Source: an uncultured Desulfosarcina sp.
GTDB taxonomy: Bacteria > Desulfobacterota > Desulfobacteria > Desulfobacterales > Desulfosarcinaceae
Direction: 5' to 3'
DNA: 64,000 bases
Assembly: GCA_963674945.2 (NCBI GenBank)
Contig: CAXXWQ010000003.1
Location: forward strand, 832,001 to 896,000
Part shown: piece after piece, positions 21,677 through 31,094 of the stretch
Numbering within the stretch: the first letter of the stretch is position 1
How the letters are laid out: each line of letters opens with the position of its first letter
The notes under the pieces: model-generated
What the model saw: only the letters and a program-made list of their open reading frames with translations
Databases searched by the model: none
What the model was told of the DNA's origin: nothing
Made by a program: the position numbers and the translations under genes

Positions 21677-23349
21677 CCCACCTTCACAGAACTTCCGTCG
21701 CCTGCCATCCTCTCATCGGTGATTTTGACATCCAATTTTAAATTCTTACCGATTTGATCACCGATTTTATCGAAGATAGACCCGATCCATTGAGCAATTG
21801 GCATATCCTCAACGGTTTTTTTCGTCATCGACATATCCTTGGTTTGTTTTTTCCATGCTTCTATTTGTTCGGGAGTCTTATATGGACCGCCTTCACCAGT
21901 AAGAGCCTCTGCAATATCCGCGACCGGTTTTAGAATCTTTTCCATCACTTTCAACAAATTTTGACCAACACTGAGCATCGAATTGTCGAGACGAGCCAAA
22001 TCCGACAACAAACCCTCGTTTTCCGTCGCCTCCATGGTCCCACCGGCAATTCCCCCAAGAATCTCTTGGATATCGGTTTGGGCCGTCCAACCCTTTTTCT
22101 TGGCCAAAGCGGAAATCCGGCTATCCCCGAGCAACGCCTCCCGCCGCCCCCCGCTGGCATTATAAATCTCGGCCATCAGCCCAAGCTTATCCGCACTCAC
22201 CCCGGATAAGTCCCCGCCGGTAGCCTTTTCCAGATCGCCAACAAATCTGCCGATCCCCGCCCCGCCAAGATTTAGCCCATCGATAGACTGAGCCTGATTC
22301 ATGGAGATGCCGAACATCTTGCTCATGGTGAACCAGCGGGCTTTCTCATTGGGCATGGTTTTCTTGAGATGACCCATGACAGCCTCAAGGTTACCCTTGC
22401 CGAAGATGCCTTGCTCTTTCCGCATCTGGTAATCGAAATAATCCCCACGGCCCAAGGCGTTATACATAAAGTACTCACCGAAATCCCCTTGGGGATTCAT
22501 GAACCCTTGATTCATCCGGGAAAGGACGTTTGCACCACGTACTCCCATCAACCCCGGCTGGCCGGAGGCATTCATGGCCGTCAGAGCACCGATCATCGCC
22601 CCACTGCTACCCGGAGCCAAACGGGTCATTACGTTGAGTTGGGCACCCATCAAAGACTGAATCGAAGAGAATAATTCAGCTTCACGCCCCTTCATTCCCC
22701 CACGGGCCACGGCATCGGCAATCGAAGCAGCAAACCGCTCCACCCGCATACCGCCGTATTGACCGTAGGCTCCCATTTGGGCCATACCGCCCATCGATGA
22801 AATCATGGTACCGGCATCAACACCCATCCCCTTTGAAAGCAATGAAGCGACGTTGACCTGCCTTGCAATTCTACCCCCCTGTTGCCCAGTCATTCCGACG
22901 TACATCTGGGTGAGGCGCATCATCTCGGTCTTGTTTTTACCGATCGCCTCGCCAGTACGCTCGATACTGGCAGCAAACCCGCCCTGTAAGGAATTTACGA
23001 TCGAAAGTTGTTTGGTAAGAGGATCGAGAACAGAAAGATATTGTTTCGCTCCTGCTACGGCATGGGTAATAATAGACAAAGCTCCCGTCGCTACGCCAAT
23101 GGCAGCAAAAGCCCCCGCACCCCCGCGCATCACACCGCGACCGGCCGAACCGAAAACCCCGCCGATGCCACCCCGCCCGCCTGTATGCCGCGGAGCTATA
23201 TAACCGTCTCCACCGGCCCCGGAAGCCCCAGACGACTGGTTTAACTTTTCAAGCTCTCGACCGAGATCTTTTACCTGCCGGATCGCCTGGGACAACCCTT
23301 GAGTATCAGATTGGAAGCCGACTCTTACGGTGGTTTTTTGATCAGTCAT
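21673..23349 (-). CDS. Tape measure protein (short)
   Basis: 558 aa, Gly/Ala/Met-rich, helical; canonical position after tail chaperones. Confidence 0.7.
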   Translation of the reverse strand: MTDQKTTVRVGFQSDTQGLSQAIRQVKDLGRELEKLNQSSGASGAGGDGYIAPRHTGGRGGIGGVFGSAGRGVMRGGAGAFAAIGVATGALSIITHAVAGAKQYLSVLDPLTKQLSIVNSLQGGFAASIERTGEAIGKNKTEMMRLTQMYVGMTGQQGGRIARQVNVASLLSKGMGVDAGTMISSMGGMAQMGAYGQYGGMRVERFAASIADAVARGGMKGREAELFSSIQSLMGAQLNVMTRLAPGSSGAMIGALTAMNASGQPGLMGVRGANVLSRMNQGFMNPQGDFGEYFMYNALGRGDYFDYQMRKEQGIFGKGNLEAVMGHLKKTMPNEKARWFTMSKMFGISMNQAQSIDGLNLGGAGIGRFVGDLEKATGGDLSGVSADKLGLMAEIYNASGGRREALLGDSRISALAKKKGWTAQTDIQEILGGIAGGTMEATENEGLLSDLARLDNSMLSVGQNLLKVMEKILKPVADIAEALTGEGGPYKTPEQIEAWKKQTKDMSMTKKTVEDMPIAQWIGSIFDKIGDQIGKNLKLDVKITDERMAGDGSSVKVG

Positions 23350-23680
23350 GGATATCTATTTCCTCCCAGGCCCCTGGGTAATCACGTAACGCATAGGCAT
23401 CCAAAAATTCGTCGTCTTCTTCAGCCCATCTGTTGAGCGCTTCGTCGATTTCATTCGTCTCGAACTCATCCAGATCAGGTTCCCGGCCTTTATCGAGAAT
23501 TTGACGGTATAAATGCGTCATGAATTCCATTTCGATTTCCGGGTTCGTCATTTCCAGATACCTGAGATCGGTTGACGGCAAATTGTATTTCTGACGAAAC
23601 CAATAGTTCAGGCTTTTAGCCGCCGACAGCGCCCTCTTTTTCAATTCCAGTTGGTTTTGCGAACGCAGATTGGCTACGAA
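23342..23680 (-). CDS. Tail assembly chaperone C-terminal (gpT-like) frame, probably reached by frameshift
   Basis: WFRQKYNLPSTDLRYLEMT motif; overlaps upstream chaperone in +1 frame; no convincing own RBS. Confidence 0.6.
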   Translation of the reverse strand, partial: FVANLRSQNQLELKKRALSAAKSLNYWFRQKYNLPSTDLRYLEMTNPEIEMEFMTHLYRQILDKGREPDLDEFETNEIDEALNRWAEEDDEFLDAYALRDYPGAWEEIDIHD

Positions 23681-23966
23681 AGGAATACACCGTGTCGATG
23701 AAAGCCTTGTAAACCGCTTCCAACTCCTCATAGCTGTAAATCTCGTTTAGATTAAAATCCTTCGGCTTATCGACGATTGCCACAGACAACGCACCGATCA
23801 TCGTGGCGGTATTGGCTGCCACGATCGCCGGTTGTTTATTCTCTCCGAGAAGACCTGCGGCAATGTTGTCTGCTCTGATCTCATCCTGGAGAGTTGGGAA
23901 ACGAAATGTGAACGTACCGATATTTTCAACGGTTTTCGTAAACTGTTTTTCAGAAGGTTTAAGCAT
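23616..23966 (-). CDS. Tail assembly chaperone (gpG-like)
   Basis: 116 aa, AAAGGA RBS, located between tube and tape measure genes. Confidence 0.7.
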   Translation of the reverse strand: MLKPSEKQFTKTVENIGTFTFRFPTLQDEIRADNIAAGLLGENKQPAIVAANTATMIGALSVAIVDKPKDFNLNEIYSYEELEAVYKAFIDTVYSFRSQSAFAKPTGIEKEGAVGG

Positions 23967-23983
23967 GAGACTTTCCTTTCATT

Positions 23984-23995
23984 GTAATTAATTAC
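23984..23995 (-). promoter_or_regulatory. GTAATTAATTAC palindrome, copy 1
   Basis: Exact copy, upstream of start at 23966. Confidence 0.75.
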
Positions 23996-24038
23996 TGTGA
24001 TTTTATTGCGTAAAAAATAGGCAATTGAAATTGACCTA

Positions 24039-24398
24039 TTAAATCATATTCGTGAAAAAAAATATTTTTACGGTTTCTTTTGGTATCAACAAGACTTCAA
24101 TTTTTTTTACAGTTCCTTTCGTCAATTTTCCTTGGATCGGTATCATTCCCGTTTCTATTTCAACACCATCTTTGTCATAATAAATGCTATCGATTGTGTT
24201 TAAGCCGCCCGAGCTTATATTTTTCTTTAACCGAATTTTAATTATCAACTCGTTATAACTACGAGACCGTGAATCTTCCGTAACCTCCAAAAACTCAACC
24301 AAACTCGACAGATGATCATCCAGCACGATCTCATATGCCTGCACATTTGCCGCCATCAACATTACAGCCGAAACCGCTAATAACAGTGAACGAAGCAT
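24039..24398 (-). CDS. Exported hypothetical protein (moron-like)
   Basis: Signal peptide MLRSLLLAVSAVMLMAANVQA; AT-richer than neighbours. Confidence 0.55.
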   Translation of the reverse strand: MLRSLLLAVSAVMLMAANVQAYEIVLDDHLSSLVEFLEVTEDSRSRSYNELIIKIRLKKNISSGGLNTIDSIYYDKDGVEIETGMIPIQGKLTKGTVKKIEVLLIPKETVKIFFFTNMI

Positions 24399-24577
24399 GA
24401 GATAAACCCTTTCATTTTGAGCCAGCAAAAACTTTTTTTATTCACTCATGGAGAGAAAGTATAATAGAACCCATTGGTTTATTATCGGCAAAAACGGAGT
24501 AAGCGGTTTATTAACCCCATCTTCACAAAATTGTTCAGGCATGGCAATGTGTTTCCCCAAAGAAAGGAGAAGATATC

Positions 24578-24907
24578 ATGCCTGAAGACTATGATTCATT
24601 CGATTCCAAGCAAAGGCGAAAATTTTGGGAAAATCATATCGAGAAATGGAAGATCAGCAGCCTAAGCCAAAGGGCCTATTGTAAAAAAAACGATCTCATT
24701 CTCCATCGGTTTTACGATTGGAAACGGCGCATCATGCCCGTTGATAAAACCCGAGTTACTTTTTTGCCGGTTGCGCTCAACGGATCAGCGACGAGGAAAC
24801 ATCCATCCGTTCGTATTCATACCCCCAACGGATTTACCATCGAAGTCGATGATCAAAACGGATCGATAGAAATCAACAAGCTTGTTGCAATGGTGGCTAC
24901 ATTATGA
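24578..24907 (+). CDS. tnpA: IS66 accessory protein TnpA
   Basis: W..HI..W..S.LSQ.AYC....L....FY.WKRR HTH pattern. Confidence 0.88.
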   Translation: MPEDYDSFDSKQRRKFWENHIEKWKISSLSQRAYCKKNDLILHRFYDWKRRIMPVDKTRVTFLPVALNGSATRKHPSVRIHTPNGFTIEVDDQNGSIEINKLVAMVATL

Positions 24908-25251
24908 TGTTGCCCACCAATCCCAAAAGGGTCTTTCTGGCCGTGGGTAATACCGATATGCGCAAATCGATCAACGGGCTTTCGGTTTTGGTGGAACAGG
25001 CCATGGATTTGAATCCCTTCGAAGGGGACCTGTTCGTCTTCTGCAATCGGCGTCGGAACATGATAAAAATTTTATACTGGGATAAAAATGGATTTGCTCT
25101 CTGGCTCAAACGGCTGGAGAAGCACCGTTTCCACTGGCCAACAACCACAAAAGAAGTCGTTTCCCTTAGTGCGAAAGAACTGGAATGGCTTCTCGCCGGA
25201 CTGGATTATACGAATGCTCATGTGCGTTTAAACTACCGTTATGCAAGCTGA
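24904..25251 (+). CDS. tnpB: IS66 accessory protein TnpB
   Basis: TDMRKSINGL..LFVFCNRRR..IKILYWD.NGFALW.KRLE. Confidence 0.93.
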   Translation: MMLPTNPKRVFLAVGNTDMRKSINGLSVLVEQAMDLNPFEGDLFVFCNRRRNMIKILYWDKNGFALWLKRLEKHRFHWPTTTKEVVSLSAKELEWLLAGLDYTNAHVRLNYRYAS

Positions 25252-25278
25252 GAACATCCACCTGGAAGTAAAATAAGT

Positions 25279-26874
25279 GTGTACAAATTCAATTGGTTAT
25301 GCTATGTATCAGGCATGCTTTCGGAATCGAACAACCTGCCCGATGACGCCCAATCGCTTAAGGAGATTATCTCTTCTCAGCAGCAGCAAATCGACCATCT
25401 GCAAGAAATGGTACGTCTGCTGAAGAACGAGCTGTTCGGTCGCAAAAGTGAAGTTTTGCCGGCCGTCAATCCCAACCAACTCCAGTTGTTCAAACCCGAC
25501 GAAACCGCAGAGCCCGTCCTTGCCGATGACGACATCACCGTCCCGGAGCACACCCGCAAAAAGCGTGGCCGCAAACCGTTGCCTGAGGATCTGCCCCGCG
25601 TCGAGGTCCTGCACGATATCCCTGAGGCCGAGAAACGGTGTGCTTGCGGAGTTGAACTGAGCCGTATCGGCGAAGAGACCTGTGAGAAGCTCGATTATAT
25701 CCCGGCAAAAATCCAGGTGATCCGTCACATCCGCCCCAAATACGCCTGCAAGGCCTGCGAAGGCGTCGAGGATGACGGCCCCACCGTTAGGATCGCTCCG
25801 CCGCCAGAACAACTGATTCCCAAGAGCAACGCCACTGAGGGACTGCTGGCCCACATCGCTGTCTCAAAATTCGCCGATGCGCTTCCCCTGCATCGCCAAC
25901 AAAAGATATTTGACCGTCTGGGCGTTGACATCTCACGGTCAACCATGGCCAATTGGATGATTCAGGCCGCCGGTTGCTGCCAGCCGATCGTCGAATTGAT
26001 GCATCAGGAGATTCGAAGCGGTCCTGTGATCAATATCGATGAAAGTCCGTTTCAGGTGCTTCAGGAACCGGGCCGCAGCAATACAACAAAATCGTATATG
26101 TGGGTGTTTTGTGGCGGCCCGTTGGATGCCCCTGTGGTGCTTTACCAGTATCATCCCACCCGTAGTGGGAAGGTAGTGCAAGATATGATAGAAGACTATT
26201 CGGGCTATGTTCAAAGCGACGGCTACAGCGGCTATGATCAGCTGTCCCAAAAGCAAGGGATCATCCATTTAGGTTGCCTGACCCATGCCCGACGTAAATT
26301 TGTCGAGGTGAACAAAGGGCGCAAGGCGCGCGGCAAACAAAAAGCAGCCAAGGGGCTTGCCGACGAGGCGCTGGATTACATTGGCGCATTGTATGGCATA
26401 GAACGGTATGCGCGAGACAAGGATTTGTCGTATGAACAGATCCGTGACCTGCGACAGGAAAAGGCCAAGCCGATTCTGAAACAATTTAAAACCTGGCTGG
26501 ACACCTACCATTGGCAAGCTCCTCCGAAAAGCCTTCTCGGCAAAGCGATCCAATATTGCCTAAACCAATGGGACAAACTGGTTGTCTATATCAATGCCGG
26601 ATTTCTGAAGCCCGACAACAATGTGGCTGAAAATGTCATCCGGCCATTCGTGTTGGGTCGCAAGAACTGGCTGTTTTCCGGCGCGCCCCGGGGTGCGGAA
26701 GCCAGCGCCACCTTCTTCGGTTTGATCGAAACGGCCAAAGCCAATGGGCTGGAACCCTATGCCTATCTTCGATACCTGTTCGCCAAACTTCCGCTGGCCA
26801 GGACGCGGGAGGACCATCTGGCGCTTTTGCCAAAAAATATCGACAAACAGACGCTGGCGATCCTTCGCTATTGA
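25279..26874 (+). CDS. tnpC: IS66 transposase TnpC (start may be 25315)
   Basis: LFGRKSE, RKPLP..LPR, zinc finger, IDES, QSDGY, CLTHARRKF, DNNVAEN.IRP..LGRKNWLF. Confidence 0.95.
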   Translation: MYKFNWLCYVSGMLSESNNLPDDAQSLKEIISSQQQQIDHLQEMVRLLKNELFGRKSEVLPAVNPNQLQLFKPDETAEPVLADDDITVPEHTRKKRGRKPLPEDLPRVEVLHDIPEAEKRCACGVELSRIGEETCEKLDYIPAKIQVIRHIRPKYACKACEGVEDDGPTVRIAPPPEQLIPKSNATEGLLAHIAVSKFADALPLHRQQKIFDRLGVDISRSTMANWMIQAAGCCQPIVELMHQEIRSGPVINIDESPFQVLQEPGRSNTTKSYMWVFCGGPLDAPVVLYQYHPTRSGKVVQDMIEDYSGYVQSDGYSGYDQLSQKQGIIHLGCLTHARRKFVEVNKGRKARGKQKAAKGLADEALDYIGALYGIERYARDKDLSYEQIRDLRQEKAKPILKQFKTWLDTYHWQAPPKSLLGKAIQYCLNQWDKLVVYINAGFLKPDNNVAENVIRPFVLGRKNWLFSGAPRGAEASATFFGLIETAKANGLEPYAYLRYLFAKLPLARTREDHLALLPKNIDKQTLAILRY

Positions 26875-27015
26875 TTCTTCTCTTACTTTCTACCGGCCGG
26901 TTCACAATCGTCTCCCATACACATTTTCATTGCCAAGCCTATGATGTCATAATATCTGGGCTATGTGAAGATGGGGTTTATTTGACCCTTACAAAACGGA
27001 AACAACTTAAACTCT

Positions 27016-27435
27016 CTACGGCTTGCCAGCGACATCGAGCGCCATCCACTGCGACTGGTAGCTGATGATCGCATGTTTCGACACCTCAATGCTCCCGGAG
27101 GCGAACGTACAACTCAAATACTTTTTCAAGACCTCACCGGTCGCTTTGTCCAAGATCTCAATATCCACGACGAGTCCTTTGAGTGCATCATCTCCGTTCT
27201 CAGGAACAATGCCCTTGGCGTAGAGGCCCTTTTTCCGCAAGGCCATCTTGGAACAGGAGATCGAATGGCGCGCCATGGTCGGGACATGCTCTTGAACGTG
27301 GATATCACCGATTCCAGAAGCCGGCTCGGGGCTGTAATCATCCGACATGGAGATGTTTTGCATCAACCCGACTTCCTCGCCATCGATCATCACTCGGGCC
27401 AGGTTTGCCGAACGAACTTTCAGATTCTCTTTCAT
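27016..27435 (-). CDS. Tail tube protein
   Basis: 139 aa directly after sheath; VG.MQNIS..DDY.PEPASGIGDIHVQEHVP. Confidence 0.8.
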   Translation of the reverse strand: MKENLKVRSANLARVMIDGEEVGLMQNISMSDDYSPEPASGIGDIHVQEHVPTMARHSISCSKMALRKKGLYAKGIVPENGDDALKGLVVDIEILDKATGEVLKKYLSCTFASGSIEVSKHAIISYQSQWMALDVAGKP

Positions 27436-27485
27436 GTTTTCCCCCTATTGGATAAAGGGGGTCCGAAAACCCCCATAAAGCGAAT

Positions 27486-27497
27486 GTAATTAATTAC
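27486..27497 (-). promoter_or_regulatory. GTAATTAATTAC palindrome, copy 2
   Basis: Exact copy; followed on minus strand by GGGGGTT-TTCG-GACCCCC hairpin and tube RBS. Confidence 0.75.
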
Positions 27498-27515
27498 TTC
27501 AAATCATTGACAAAA

Positions 27516-29489
27516 TTAAATACTGGCTGTCCCGCTGTAGGGAACGATGGCAATACCAACCGGGATATAGTTCACCGGAACAACCGGACTGCATTGGAAA
27601 TAAACCCGGAGGACATCTCCTTCAAGTTCGGCCGTAATGTTCTTGTAAGCGGGATTCGCATCATCACCGGTGATCACCTCCGGACCGAGCGGGGCCGGCC
27701 GGGCCAATTCCTTCAGCGCGTTTTCCGTAATGGAAACCGCACGACCAAGAATCGTCGGTGTACCCTTTTGGCCAATCAACACTTGAAGGGCATTTCGGAC
27801 ATTCCTTGTCACGAAGTCAACGGCAAATCCGGTGGCCATCTCGACGCGGTTATAATTCCCATTGGTCAACCAAGTCGAAACCGATTGAACCACCTTGTAA
27901 ATGCCTCGGATATCCGCCATCGCAATGACTCCACCTTCAATCAGTACATCGGTATCGGCCGGAATACGGAATGATTGCAGAAACCCGGCAACCGAAACGG
28001 ATTTGTTCGTCAAGGAGGTACCCGGATCGCTGCCGGTTATCATCCCGCCGAGCATTGCGGCGGCCATGTACGGTGCATAACTGGTGAGAACCCCGACATT
28101 ATCATAAGCCTGATACGCAGGGGCGACCAAGTAAACCCGATCATGGTTCAGTGCCTTGGCTCGGGCCACCAACTCGGCAACGGTTTCGCCAGTGGCTCCG
28201 CCGACGATGGTGCGCCTTTCCATTCCCGCCGTATCACTCATGTATTGGCAATGGGTCAAAGCCATCGCATGAATCGAAGCCGAATTTGACAGCGGCACGA
28301 CACATTGCACATCCTCCGTTTGCAAGGCATCGAAACAGGCTTGCCAATCCGTATTCGTCGGAGTTGTCGTGGTTCCACCTTGCAGATACGAGAAAACGCA
28401 GTTTGCCGGCGCCTTGCCAGCTTCCGTCGGCCGATAGACATCGATGAGAGGTTCGCTTATCCCAGCGATCCAATCCACAATGGCTTGCAGGTTGGCCGTG
28501 ACGTTCGTCGTGGTACCGGTTTTGATATCCAATCCGGCGGAATTGTAATCCAGTTTGGCGGCAACCGGATAGTCCGTGTAATCGGAAACAGCTTCAGCGG
28601 TGATATTGGTGATCGAATTCAAGAAATCGACAACCTTCGAAACCGTATCGTGAACAGTGAAGTCACAGGTTCCCAAGATATTTGTTCCGCCATCCGTTTC
28701 CTCAACCACGATTTGAGTAGCCGAAATTTTGAGCACGCATGCCGTTCCACCACCCGAATAATGAGCGGTGAAATACGTCGCCGCCAAGTTATCCTTGACA
28801 TATTCCGTCCCATCGAATGCAACCGTAACGCACTTTCCGGAAACCGTCCCCGCCTCGATCTTGACCTTGATCCGGTTCGTATTGATGCCGTAATCGGTCG
28901 AATCCAAGCAGAAAGAACACGGAACAATGGAAAGCGTATCGCCTGCCGAGGGAACATTTTCCCACGCATAACGAACATCACATGTGCCCAGATCACTCTC
29001 TCTGACAAAAGTGGTGATCAAATTGGTTTCACCGATTGCATTCCCGGATGTCATGGTGATCAGATATCCATCATAAGCACCATTGACCGGAGTAGCTTCA
29101 TCGAGGTCAAGCACGATTTGTTTGTTTGCATTATCGACAGAATCAACCACGTAGTCAGTGATCGGAGTTCCGCCATCCTCTCCCACAACCAAATGGGATT
29201 GGGTCGCCGGCTGCACTCGCAAGGCATGAATGTATTGCGGCGCCCCGGTCTCCGCCGACGGCGCAAATGCTTTTTCAATGGCCGTTACCAGTTCACCGGT
29301 GGCGAAGATCTCTCTGGCCTCCAGGGGGCTGCCGATCCTGACGACGGTTTGCGGAATACCGCTATCAGCCTTTCCAATGATCGCCAGGTTATTCGCAACC
29401 GTCAGGTTTTTATTTGCCATTGCACTATCGTCGATCCGCGTGGCGACAGTCGGCGTGGTCAGTAATTTTCCGTTAAAAAATACAGGCAT
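27516..29489 (-). CDS. Contractile tail sheath protein
   Basis: 657 aa; AIIGKADSGIP, LQGGT..W..CFDAL, SLTNK, C-terminal CSPVVPVNYI. Confidence 0.9.
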   Translation of the reverse strand: MPVFFNGKLLTTPTVATRIDDSAMANKNLTVANNLAIIGKADSGIPQTVVRIGSPLEAREIFATGELVTAIEKAFAPSAETGAPQYIHALRVQPATQSHLVVGEDGGTPITDYVVDSVDNANKQIVLDLDEATPVNGAYDGYLITMTSGNAIGETNLITTFVRESDLGTCDVRYAWENVPSAGDTLSIVPCSFCLDSTDYGINTNRIKVKIEAGTVSGKCVTVAFDGTEYVKDNLAATYFTAHYSGGGTACVLKISATQIVVEETDGGTNILGTCDFTVHDTVSKVVDFLNSITNITAEAVSDYTDYPVAAKLDYNSAGLDIKTGTTTNVTANLQAIVDWIAGISEPLIDVYRPTEAGKAPANCVFSYLQGGTTTTPTNTDWQACFDALQTEDVQCVVPLSNSASIHAMALTHCQYMSDTAGMERRTIVGGATGETVAELVARAKALNHDRVYLVAPAYQAYDNVGVLTSYAPYMAAAMLGGMITGSDPGTSLTNKSVSVAGFLQSFRIPADTDVLIEGGVIAMADIRGIYKVVQSVSTWLTNGNYNRVEMATGFAVDFVTRNVRNALQVLIGQKGTPTILGRAVSITENALKELARPAPLGPEVITGDDANPAYKNITAELEGDVLRVYFQCSPVVPVNYIPVGIAIVPYSGTASI

Positions 29490-29514
29490 TTTGTGTACCT
29501 CCTACTTTGAAGGA

Positions 29515-29685
29515 TTAAGCCGGAATCGTACAGAATTCAGCATAATATTTTTTGAACTGAGGCTCGGTACCAGTTCTGATTTTCCTTTCATTTTTCATCC
29601 AGTGATGAAATCCGCCGATCAACTCCACACGTTTATCGGTTAAGGAAAGCTTTTTACAGAAATCGTCTAACGTCATCTTGTCCAT
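29515..29685 (-). CDS. Small hypothetical protein preceding sheath (not in ORF track)
   Basis: 56-aa ORF MDKMTLDDFCKKLSLTDKRVELIGGFHHWMK... with AGGAGG RBS, fills the gap. Confidence 0.7.
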   Translation of the reverse strand: MDKMTLDDFCKKLSLTDKRVELIGGFHHWMKNERKIRTGTEPQFKKYYAEFCTIPA

Positions 29686-29697
29686 TTTTATGTCCTC

Positions 29698-30330
29698 CTA
29701 CACCTCTAAAAATTCCTCGTTGGGATTAAATTTTGCAAAGAGTTCTGTACTCTTGATGATCGGAAAACTCGTCGACCAAGAATTCAGCCCCCGGAAATTC
29801 AAAACGGTGCTGCGATAAAAAAGACTTTCTGGGAGATATTGGTAAATCGGATCCAAGTCTGTAGCCGAAATACCCATCTCAGAAAAACCATATGTATCAT
29901 CCAGCGTCTGTCTCGATGAGAAAAGGATGTATCTTGCAATGGCCTCGATGGCCATGGAAACATCACCATTGTTCGAGGCGCTAATCACTCTCATCGAATA
30001 ACTTGAGTAACTTCCCTCATAGACTTCGCCGGTCGTGGCCAATTCCGTCGGATCATCATCCGAAACAAGCTCACCGATGAATTCCTCATTGGGTGCGACA
30101 TTCGCTGAAATTACATACCACCCGGGCAAATGGTTTTCATCGATACCAAAACCTTGGGCGATCTTTATCGAATTGGCTGTCAAAAAGGTCGTCCATTTGG
30201 TTATGACGGATTGACCGAACACATCGGTATCAAAAACATTCGGCAAATAGATAGCCGGAGCAGCCTTTATCGTCGTCAAACCCGAAGCCAAGATGGCACA
30301 GATAATTTTTTCAGGCATTAAAATCGACAT
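29698..30330 (-). CDS. Neck/tail-terminator-like protein
   Basis: Position before sheath; 210 aa. Confidence 0.5.
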   Translation of the reverse strand: MSILMPEKIICAILASGLTTIKAAPAIYLPNVFDTDVFGQSVITKWTTFLTANSIKIAQGFGIDENHLPGWYVISANVAPNEEFIGELVSDDDPTELATTGEVYEGSYSSYSMRVISASNNGDVSMAIEAIARYILFSSRQTLDDTYGFSEMGISATDLDPIYQYLPESLFYRSTVLNFRGLNSWSTSFPIIKSTELFAKFNPNEEFLEV

Positions 30331-31094
30331 CAGAAAACCCTTTCAACCATACTTGAGATGTAACTGCTGACCTTCGTCACGAGCTTCTTTGCTTTGATCC
30401 CGGGATGCCACCATGAATTCGGATCGCTATTGTCACTCACCCGGCGGAACGTCGCATATTGATTCTGGGTCGCCTTTTTATAGGTCTTTGCGATCTTGAC
30501 CATTCCTGCATAGGGACTGAATTTCCACTTATAAGCCCCAGGGCGCCCCCCTTTCACCGCGGGCTGAGTCTTGATACCGAATCCGCCGAAATCTCCCGCT
30601 CTTCCTCCCCACACTGTCTTTCCACCCACTCCCTCAACACTCGGCGAAAGCTTCCTGGCCTCCGTATAGATCATACTCGTCTGCTTTCCCTTTGCATTGA
30701 CACCGGTGAACGGCATCGGGGTTCCCACTCGCTTGCCGGTCGTACCGGGAGTGCCATGGCGGAACGGCACCGTATTGTACCTCTTACCGGCCTTGGTCCT
30801 TTTAGCATTGGGTCCAGCCAGAAGCCCCGGTTTCATATCGAAAGGGGCTTTTCCATTTTCGATGGCATTGGGCAACTCACCAACCAAGTGGACGGCCGCC
30901 CAGTTTCCATCCATCTCAACGGGCTGGATGCCGGCGATGTAATCCGCGGCGCTGCCGCCCAGGTTCTGCTGGGCCAGCCGGACCCATTCCGACCGGGCCA
31001 TCTCCGCCAAGGTGTAAACCCGTTCCCGGATCTCGTCTTCATCGACTCCGACGGCCGGCAGATGGCCCGATATGTCTACGCTGATGATCGACAT
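30330..31094 (-). CDS. Neck/tail-completion protein
   Basis: LPNAIENG..PFDMK, VPFRHGTP, YATFRRVSDNSDPNSWWHPG, as in A511/Twort-like neck clusters. Confidence 0.6.
   Translation of the reverse strand: MSIISVDISGHLPAVGVDEDEIRERVYTLAEMARSEWVRLAQQNLGGSAADYIAGIQPVEMDGNWAAVHLVGELPNAIENGKAPFDMKPGLLAGPNAKRTKAGKRYNTVPFRHGTPGTTGKRVGTPMPFTGVNAKGKQTSMIYTEARKLSPSVEGVGGKTVWGGRAGDFGGFGIKTQPAVKGGRPGAYKWKFSPYAGMVKIAKTYKKATQNQYATFRRVSDNSDPNSWWHPGIKAKKLVTKVSSYISSMVERVF

Larger units (their letters stand above)
24499..26992 (+). mobile_element. IS66-family element (tnpA-tnpB-tnpC)
   Basis: IRs GTAAGCGGTTTATTAACCCCATCTTCAC / GTAAGGGTCAAATAAACCCCATCTTCAC; 8-bp TSD AAAACGGA at 24491-24498 and 26993-27000. Confidence 0.95.

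Noticed and set aside
28305..29465. 386-aa plus-strand ORF, and similar long antisense ORFs at 36589-37749, 16961-17572, 30459-31160 and 49785-50459
   Set aside because: They are shadows of well-supported minus-strand genes, with no RBS or recognisable motifs.
12299..29489. Calling the cluster a tailocin, eCIS or T6SS
   Set aside because: Portal, protease, scaffold, capsid and neck genes are present, and no eCIS ATPase or T6SS membrane complex is seen.
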